Shown: positions 21,104 to 30,146 of the stretch, piece after piece
How positions within the stretch are numbered: the first letter of the stretch is position 1
Layout: every line of letters begins with the position of its first letter
From: Tubiluchus corallicola
Taxonomy: Eukaryota > Animalia > Priapulida
Reading direction: 5' to 3'
DNA length: 30,146 nt
Assembly (NCBI GenBank): GCA_030141605.1
Contig: JAQGDQ010001674.1
Span: 1 to 30,146 of the forward strand
The notes under the pieces: model-generated
Told to the model about the DNA's origin: nothing
Database searches by the model: none
What the model saw: only the letters and a program-made list of their open reading frames with translations
Made by a program: the position numbers and the translations under genes

Positions 21104-24100
21104 ATGGGGCGTCACCCAGTAGAACTGAAGACCTTTTCGGAAACGCCGGATTCCACTGCATTGCCTGGCAGACGTGGGTACACATTAGAACAGAAGAAAT
21201 ACACGACTAAACGTCGGCTAAAGACTTGGTTGACCAAACGTCGATTGAAAGCACAGCAACTACGAAGCAAAATGAAGAGAAATTCAGTAATTACCAACAC
21301 AATCACAAGACTTAAACGTCGAACAATTGAAGATGTCGATAACAATGGTGTTAATACTAACAATGCTGGCAGCTGTAACAATGATTCTGACAATACCGAA
21401 CACGGTGGTAGCTCTATTTCAAGTAAAGATTCTAGTGACACTGATACTGTTGCTGATGATGACAGTGGCGACGACGATGACGAATACTGTGACAATGGTG
21501 ATGGCGATGATGATGATGACGATGATAGTGGTGGTAGTGGTGGCAATGATAATGATGATTACGATGATGATGGTGATGATGATGATGACAGCAACCACAG
21601 CAACGACAACAAAGATGATGGTGATGATGATGATGATGATGATTACAATGATGGTGGTGGTAGTGGTGGCAATGATAATGACGACGACCATGATGATGAT
21701 GACGGCAACGATGACGACGACGGCGATGATGATGATGGCAGCAGCAGCAATGACGACGACAATAGTGATAATGGTGATGATGATTACGATGATGGTGGTG
21801 GTAGTGGTGGCAATGATAATGACGACGACCATGATGACGATGACGATGATGACGGCAACGATGACGACGACGGCGATGATGACGACGGCAGCAGCAACGA
21901 TGACGACAATGGTGATGATGGTGATGATGATTACGATGATGGTGGTGGTAGTAGTGGCAATGATAATGATGATTACGACGATGATGATGACGGCTACGAC
22001 GACGACGACGGCGATGATGATGATGGCAGCAGCAGCAATGACGACGACAATAGTGATGATGGTGATGATGATTACGATGATGGTGGTGGTAGTGGTGGCA
22101 ATGATATTGACGACGACCATGATGATGATGACGATGACGACGGCAACGATGACGACGACGGCGATGATGACGACGGCAGCAGCAACGATGACGACAATGG
22201 TGATGATGGTGACGATGATTACGATGATGGTGGTGGTAGTAGTGGCAATGATAATGATGATTACGACGATGATGATGATGATGACGGCAACGACGACGAC
22301 GACGATGGCGATGATGGTGATGGTGATGATGATGACGATGATGGTGGTAGTAGTGTTAGCAATGATAATGATGACGATGATGAAGATGATGATGATGGTG
22401 ATGGCAACGACGACAATGACAGCAATGATAATGACGGCGACGACGACGATGGTGATGGTGACGATGATGATGATGACGATGACGGTGGTGGTAGAGGTGG
22501 CAATGATAATGATGACGACGATGATGATGATGACGATGATGGTGGTGGTAGAGGTAGAGGTAGAGGTGGCAATGATAATGATGACGACGATGATGATGTT
22601 GATGGCAATGACGACAATGACGTCGGTGATGATGATGGCAGCGGCGGCGACGATGGTGATGGCAACGATGATGATGATAATGACGATGACGATGATTATG
22701 GATTAGCTACTGTAGAAGCTGCAGAAAAGAGAGCGAGAACCTCAAGACAGAAATCAACAACTTCAACTAGAAGTCAGCAAAGATCTACATCAGATCGACA
22801 AGGAGGGTTGCAAGGCAGTGAAGCAAACGAGGGAAAAATTGTGAGAGCCACTGCCAAAAAAGACCAAACTCTTGGAAACGTGCTGGGAGCTTTGGGTTTG
22901 AGTAGAAACAAAGCCACTACAGAGAAAGACCGAACTCCTAGAAAGGTGATGAAAGCAGGGTTTGAGAAAAAAAGCCACCACCGAGAGAAACCAAACTCCA
23001 AGAAACGTGCTGAGAGTGTTGGGTTTGAGAAAAAACAAAGCCACTGCCGAGAGAGACCAAACTCCAAGAAACGTGCTGAGAGTGTTGGGTTTGAGAAAAA
23101 ACAAAGCCACCGCCGAGAGAGACCAAACTCCAAGAAACGTGCTGACAACACTGGGTTTGAGAAAAAAAGCCACCGCCGAGAGAAACCAAACTCCAAGAAA
23201 CGTACTGAGTGCACCGGGTTTGAGAAAAAACGAAAACACCACCGAGGGAGACCAAACTCCAAGAAACGTGCAGAGAGCATTGGGTTTGAGGAAAAACAAA
23301 GCCACTGCCGAAAGAGACCAAACTCCAAGGAACGTGCTGAGAGCATTGGGTTTGAGGAAAGACAAAGCCACCGCCAAGGGAGACCAAACTCCAAGGAACG
23401 TGCTGAGAGCATTGGGTTTGAGGAAAAACAAAGCCACCGCCAAGAGAGACCAAACTCCAAGAAACGTGCTGAGAGTATTGGGTTTGAGAAAAAACAAAGC
23501 CATCGCCGAGAGAGATCAAACTCCAAGGAAGGTGCTGAAAGCACTGGGTTTGAGGGAAAACAAAATCGCCGACGAGAGAGACCAAACTCCAAGAATCGTG
23601 CTGAGAGCATTGGGTTTGAGGAAAAACAAAGCCACCGCCAAGAGAGACCAAACTCCAAGAAACGTACTGAGAGCACTGGGTTTGAGAAAAAACAAAGCCA
23701 CCGCCGAGAGAGACCAAACTCCAAGGAACGTGCTGATAGCATTGGGTTTGAGGAAAAACAAAGCCATCGCCGAGAGAGACCAAACTCCAAGAAACGTGCT
23801 GAGAGTATTGGGTTTGAAGAAAAACAAAGCCACTGTCGAGAGAGACCAAACTCCAAGAAACGTGCTGATAGCATTGGGTTTGAGGAAAAACAAAGCCATC
23901 GCCGAGAGAGACCAAACTCCAAGAATCGTGCTGAGAGCATTGGATTTGAGGAAAAACAAAGCCACTGTCGAGAGAGACCAAACTCCAAGAAACGTGCAGA
24001 GAGCATTGGGTTTGAGAAAAAACGAAAACACCACCGAGGGAGACCAAACTCCAAGAAACGTACTGAGAGCATTGGGTTTGAGGAAAAACAAGGCCACCAC

Positions 24101-27100
24101 CGAAAGAGACCAAACTCCAAGGAACGTGCTGATAGCATTGGGTTTGAGGAAAAACAAAGCCATCGCCGAGAGAGACCAAACTCCAAGAAACGTGCTGAGA
24201 GTATTGGGTTTGAGAAAAAACGAAAACACCACCGAGGGAGACCAAACTCCAAGAAACGTACTGAGAGCATTGGGTTTGAGGAAAAACAAGGCCACCACCG
24301 AAAGAGACCAAACTCCAAGGAATGTGCTGTGTTGGGTTTAGGAAAAACAAAGCCATCGCCGAGAGCCAAACTCCAAACGTGCAGTATTGGGTTTGAGGAA
24401 AAACAAAATCCCGAGAGAGACCAAACTCCAAGTCGTGCTGAGAGATTGGATTTGGGGAAAAACAAAGCCACTGTCGAGAGAGACCAAACTCCAAGAAACG
24501 TGCAGAGAGCATTGGGTTTGAGAAAAAACGAAAACACCACCGAGGGAGACCAAACTCCAAGAAACGTACTGAGAGCATTGGGTTTGAGGAAAAACAAGGC
24601 CACCACCGAAAGAGACCAAACTCCAAGGAATGTGCTGATAGCATTGGGTTTGAGGAAAAACAAAGCCATCGCCGAGAGAGACCAAACTCCAAGAAACGTG
24701 CTGAGAGTATTGGGTTTGAGGAAAAACAAAGCCATCGCCGAGAGAGACCAAACTCCAAGAATCGTGCTGAGAGCATTGGATTTGAGGAAAAACAAAGCCA
24801 CTGTCGAGAGAGACCAAACTCCAAGAAACGTGCAGAGAGCATTGGGTTTGAGAAAAAACGAAAACACCACCGAGGGAGACCAAACTCCAAGAAACGTACT
24901 GAGAGCATTGGGTTTGAGGAAAAACAAAGCCACCGCCAATCTGCATCACTTCGTAAGGAATACCGCAAAATTCAGAGTTACACCCTCGACCCGAAAGCCA
25001 AGTCCAAAGAGTCTCCATCTCTGACAATGGGGCGTCACCCAGTAGAACTGAAGACCTTTTCGGAAACGCCGGATTCCACTGCATTGCCTGGCAGACGTGG
25101 GTACACATTAGAACAGAAGAAATACACGACTAAACGTCGGCTAAAGACTTGGTTGACCAAACGTCGATTGAAAGCACTGCAACTACGAAGCAAAATGAAG
25201 AGAAATTCAGTAATTACCAACACAATCACAAGACTTAAAGATGATGGTGATGATGATGATGATGATGATTACGATGATGGTGGTGGTAGTGGTGGCAATG
25301 ATAATGACGACGACCATGATGATGATGACGATGATGACGGCAACGATGACGACGACGGCGATGATGACGACGGCAGCAGCAACGATGACGACAATGGTGA
25401 TGATGGTGATGATGATTACGATGATGGTGGTGGTAGTAGTGGCAATGATAATGATGATTACGACGATGATGATGACGGCTACGACGACGACGACGGCGAT
25501 GATGATGATGGCAGCAGCAGCAATGACGACGACAATAGTGATGATGCTGATGATGATTACGATGATGGTGGTGGTAGTGGTGGCAATGATATTAACGACG
25601 ACCATGATGATGATGACGATGACGACGGCAACGATGACGACGACGGCGATGATGACGACGGCAGCAGCAACGATGACGACAATGGTGATGATGGTGACGA
25701 TGATTACGATGATGGTGGTGGTAGTAGTGGCAATGATAATGATGATTACGACGATGATGATGATGATGACGGCAACGACGACGACGACGATGGCGATGAT
25801 GGTGATGGTGATGATGATGACGATGATGGTGGTAGTAGTGTTAGCAATGATAATGATGACGATGATGAAGATGATGATGATGGTGATGGCAACGACAACA
25901 ACGACAGCAATGATAATGACGGCGACGACGACGATGGTGATGGTGACGATGATGATGGTGACGATGACGGTGGTGGTAGGGGTGGCAATGATAATGATGA
26001 CGACGATGATGATGATGACGATGATGGTGGTGGTAGAGGTAGAGGTAGAGGTGGCAATGATAATGATGACGACGATGATGATGTTGATGGCAATGACGAC
26101 AATGACGTCGGTGATGATGATGGCGGCGGCGGCGACGATGGTGATGGCAACGATGATGATGATGGCAACGATGATGATGATAATGACGATGACGATGATT
26201 ATGGATTAGCTACTGTAGAAGCTGCAGAAAAGAGAGCGAGAACCTCAAGACAGAAATCAACAACTTCTACTAGAAGTCAGCAAAGATCTACATCAGATCG
26301 ACAAGGAGGGTTGCAAGGCAGTGAAGCAAACGAGGGAAAAATTGTGAGAGCCCCTGCCAAAAAAGACCAAACTCTTGGAAACGTGCTGGGAGCTTTGGGT
26401 TTGAGGAAAAACAAAGCCACCGCTGAGAGAGACCAAACTTCTGGAAACGTGCTGGGAGCATCGGGTTTGAAGAAAAACAAAGCCACCACTGAGAGAGACC
26501 AAACTCCTGGAAACGTGCTGGGAGCATCGGGTTTGAAGAAAAACAAAGCCACCACTGAGAGAGACCAAACTCCTGGAAACGTGCTGGGAGCATTGGGTTT
26601 GAGGAAAAACAAAGCCACCACTGAGAGAGACCAAACTTCTGGAAACGTGCTGGGAGCTTTGGGTTTGAAGAAAAACAAAGCCACCACTGAGAGAGACCAA
26701 ACTCCTGGAAACGTGCTGGGAGCATTGGGTTTGAGGAAAAACAAAGCCACCACTGAGAGAGACCAAACTTCTGGAAACGTGCTGGGAGCTTTGGGTTTGA
26801 CGAAAAACAAAGCCACAGCTGAGACAGACCAAACTTCTGGAAACGTGCAGATAGTATTGGGTTTGAGTAGAAACAAAGCCACCGCTGAGAGAGACCAAAC
26901 TTCTGGAAACGTGCTGGGAGCATTGGGTTTGAAGAAAAACAAAGCCACCACTGAGAGAGACCAAACTCCTGGAAACGTGCTGGGAGCATTGGGTTTGAGG
27001 AAAAACAAAGCCACAGCCAAAAAAGACCAAACTCTTGGAAACGTGCTGGGAGCTTTGGGTTTGACGAAAAACAAAGCCACAGCTGAGACAGACCAAACTT

Positions 27101-30100
27101 CTGGAAACGTGCAGATAGTATTGGGTTTGAGTAGAAACAAAGCCACTACAGAGAAAGACCGAACTCCTAGAAAGGTGCTGAGAGCATTGGGTTTGAGGAA
27201 AAACACAGCCAGTGCCGAGAGAGACCAAACTCCAAGTAACGTGATGAAAGCAGGGTTTGAGAAAAAACAAAGCCACCGCCGAGAGAGACCAAACTCCAAG
27301 AAACGTGCTGAGAGTGTTGGGTTTGAGAAAAAACAAAGCCACCCCCGAGAGAGACCAAACTCCAAGAAACGTGCTGACAACACTGGGTTTGAGAAAAAAC
27401 GAAAACACCACCGAGGGAGACCAAACTCCAAGAAACGTGCAGAGAGCATTGGGTTTGAGGAAAAACAAAGCCACTGCCGAAAGAGACCAAACTCCAAGGA
27501 ACGTGCTGAGAGCATTGGGTTTGAGGAAAAACAAAGCCACCGCCAAGAGAGACCAAACTCCAAGAAACGTGCTGAGAGTATTGGGTTTGAGAAAAAACAA
27601 AGCCATCGCCGAGAGAGATCAAACTCCAAGGAAGGTGCTGAAAGCACTGGGTTTGAGGGAAAACAAAATCGCCGACGAGAGAGACCAAACTCCAAGAATC
27701 GTGCTGAGAGCATTGGATTTGAGGAAAAACAAAGCCACTGTCGAGAGAGACCAAACTCCAAGAAACGTGCAGAGAGCATTGGGTTTGAGAAAAAACGAAA
27801 ACACCACCGAGGGAGACCAAACTCCAAGAAACGTACTGAGAGCATTGGGTTTGAGGAAAAACAAAGCCACCGCCAAGAGAGACCAAACTCCAAGAAACGT
27901 GCTGAGAATATTGGGTTTGAGAAAAAACAAAGCCATCGCCGAGAGAGATCAAACTCCAAGGTAGGTGCTGAGAGTATTGGGTTTGAGAAAAAACAAAGCC
28001 ATCGCCAAGAGAGACCAAACTCCAAGAAACGTGCTGAGAGTATTGGGTTTGAGAAAAAACAAAGCCATCGCCGAGAGAGATCAAACTCCAAGGAAGGTGC
28101 TGAAAGCACTGGGTTTGAGGGAAAACAAAATCGCCGACAAGAGAGACCAAACTCCAAGAATCGTGCTGAGAGCATTGGGTTTGAGGAAAAACAAAGCCAC
28201 CACCAAGAGAGACCAAACTCCAAGAAACGTACTGAGAGCACTGGGTTTGAGAAAAAACAAAGCCACCACCGAGAGAGACCAAACTCCAAGGAACGTGCTG
28301 ATAGCATTGGGTTTGAGGAAAAACAAAGCCACCGCCAAGAGAGACCGAACTCAAAGGAACGTGCTGAGAGCATTGGGTTTGAGGAAAAACAAAGCCACCG
28401 CCAAGAGAGACCAAACTCCAAGAAACGTGCTGAGAGTATTGGGTTTGAGGAAAAACAAAGCCATCGCCGAGAGAGACCAAACTCCAAGAATCGTGCTGAG
28501 AGCATTGGATTTGAGGAAAAACAAAGCCACTGTCGAGAGAGACCAAACTCCAAGAAACGTGCAGAGAGCATTGGGTTTGAGAAAAAACGAAAACACCACC
28601 GAGGGAGACCAAACTCCAAGAAACGTACTGAGAGCATTGGGTTTGAGGAAAAGCAAGGCCACCACCGAAAGAGACCAAACTCCAAGGAACGTGCTGAGAG
28701 CATTGGGTTTGAGGAAAAACAAAGCCAACGCCGAGAGCGACCAAACTCCAAGAAACGTGCTGATAACACTGGGTTTGAGAAAAAACGAAAACACCACCGA
28801 GGGAGACCAAACTCCAAGAAACGTACTGAGAGCATTGAGTTTGAGGAAAAACAAAGCGTTTGCCAAGAAAGACCAAACTCCAAAGAACGTACTGAGAGCA
28901 TTGGGTTTGAGGAAAAACAAAGCCACCGCCAAGAGAGACCAAACTCCAAGGAACGTACTGAGAGCATTGGGTTTGAGAAAAAACGAAAACACCACCGAGG
29001 GAGACCAAACTCCAAGAAACGTACTGAGAGCATTGGGTTTGAGGAAAAGCAAGGCCACCACCGAAAGAGACCAAACTCCAAGGAACGTGCTGAGAGCATT
29101 GGGTTTGAGGAAAAACAAAGCCACCGCCGAGAGCGACCAAACTCCAAGAAACGTGCTGATAACACTGGGTTTGAGAAAAAACGAAAACACCACCGAGGGA
29201 GACCAAACTCCAAGAAACGTACTGAGAGCATTGGGTTTGAGGAAAAACAAAGCCACCGTCGAGAGAGACCAAACTCCAAGGAACGTGCTGAGAGCATTGA
29301 GTTTGAGGAAAAACAAAGCGTTTGCCAAGAGAGACCAAACTCTAAAGAACGTACTGAGAGCATTGGGTTTGAGGAAAAACAAAGCCACCGCCAAGAGAGA
29401 CCAAACTCCAAGGAACGTGCAGAGAGCATTGAGTTTGAGGAAAAACAAAGCGTTTGCCAAGAGAGACCAAACTCCAAGGAACGTACTGAGAGCATTGGGT
29501 TTGAGGAAAAACAAAGCCACCGCCGAGAGAGACCAAACTCCAAGGAACGTGCAGAGAGCATTGAGTTTGAGGAAAAACAAAGCGTTTGCCAAGAGAGACC
29601 AAACTCCAAGGAACGTGCAGAGAGCATTAAGTTTGAGGAAAAACAAAGCGTTTGCCAAGAGAGACCAAACTCCAAGGAACGTGCAGAGAGCATTGGGTTT
29701 GAGGAAAAACAAGGCCACCACCGTGAGAGGCCAAACACCAAGGAACGTGCTGATAGCATTGGGTTTGAGGAAAAACAAAGCCACCGCCAAGAGAGACCAA
29801 ACTCCAAGGAACGTACTGCGAGCATTGGGTTTGAGGAAAAACAAGGCCACCGCCGAGAGAGACCAAACTCCAAGGAACGTGCTGAGAGCATTGGGTTTGA
29901 GGAAAAACAAAGCCACCGCCAAAAGAGACCGAACTCAAAGGAACGTGCTGAGAGCATTGGGTTTGAGGAAAAACAAGGCCACCGCCAAGAGAGACCAAAC
30001 TCCAAGGAACGTGCAGAGAGCATTGGGTTTGAGGAAAAACAAAGCGTTTGCCGAGAGAGAACAAACTCCAAAGAACGTGCAGAGAGCATTGGGTTTGAGG

Positions 30101-30146
30101 AAAAACAAGGCCACCACCGAGAGAGGCCAAACACCAAGGAACGTGC
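21104..30146 (+). CDS. Putative giant low-complexity protein: two in-frame tandem copies of [basic head - Asp-rich domain - 22-aa repeats], running off the window end
   Basis: ORF from ATG 21104 stays in the ERPNSK frame until a noisy patch at ~24320-24460. From 24442 a frame-1 reading passes the copy 2/3 junction in frame (...EKQSHRQ-SASLRKEYRKIQSYTLDPKAKSKESPSLTMGRHPV...) and is still in the ERPNSK frame at 30146. No stop-terminated ORF from ATG 25027 appears in the track, consistent with it being open to the end. Expression unproven. Confidence 0.45.
21453..22700 (+). repeat. Asp/Gly/Asn trinucleotide tract, copy 2, with internal 141/147-bp periodicity
   Basis: attacgatgatggtggtggtagt recurs at 21783, 21930, 22071, 22218. 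Confidence 0.95.
22846..24937 (+). repeat. 66-bp minisatellite array, copy 2 (~32 units)
   Basis: Same unit. Most of the first-variant block is missing and two units are 63 bp. Confidence 0.97.
25240..26203 (+). repeat. Asp/Gly/Asn trinucleotide tract, copy 3
   Basis: Near-identical to 21614-22700, with fewer internal units. Confidence 0.95.
26348..30146 (+). repeat. 66-bp minisatellite array, copy 3 (>57 units, cut by window end)
   Basis: Same unit and same order of variants as copy 1. Confidence 0.98.

Overview
Repeat-rich, intron-containing eukaryotic (probably animal) DNA. About half the window is three copies of a composite unit: a unique head, a GAT/GAC Asp-Gly-Asn trinucleotide tract, a ~145-bp unique linker and a long 66-bp minisatellite (3261-9920, ~21009-24937, 24938->30146). 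Copies 2 and 3 are head-to-tail and fused in frame. Apart from one noisy patch they could encode a >3000-aa low-complexity protein behind a strong splice acceptor. The 66-bp unit is read in two different frames within one ORF. Between the copies lie a decayed Polinton/Maverick fragment (packaging ATPase, small pX-like basic ORF, integrase-chromodomain, minor capsid; minus strand, ~15750-18518), a 3' fragment of an RTE-clade LINE, an ~840-bp dispersed direct repeat pair and microsatellites. A ~1.5-kb foldback palindrome abuts copy 1. Host-gene evidence is limited to a calcium-binding EGF-like exon (817-906) and tentative exons near 14.0-14.9 kb. All family assignments come from motif recognition by eye, not from database searches.
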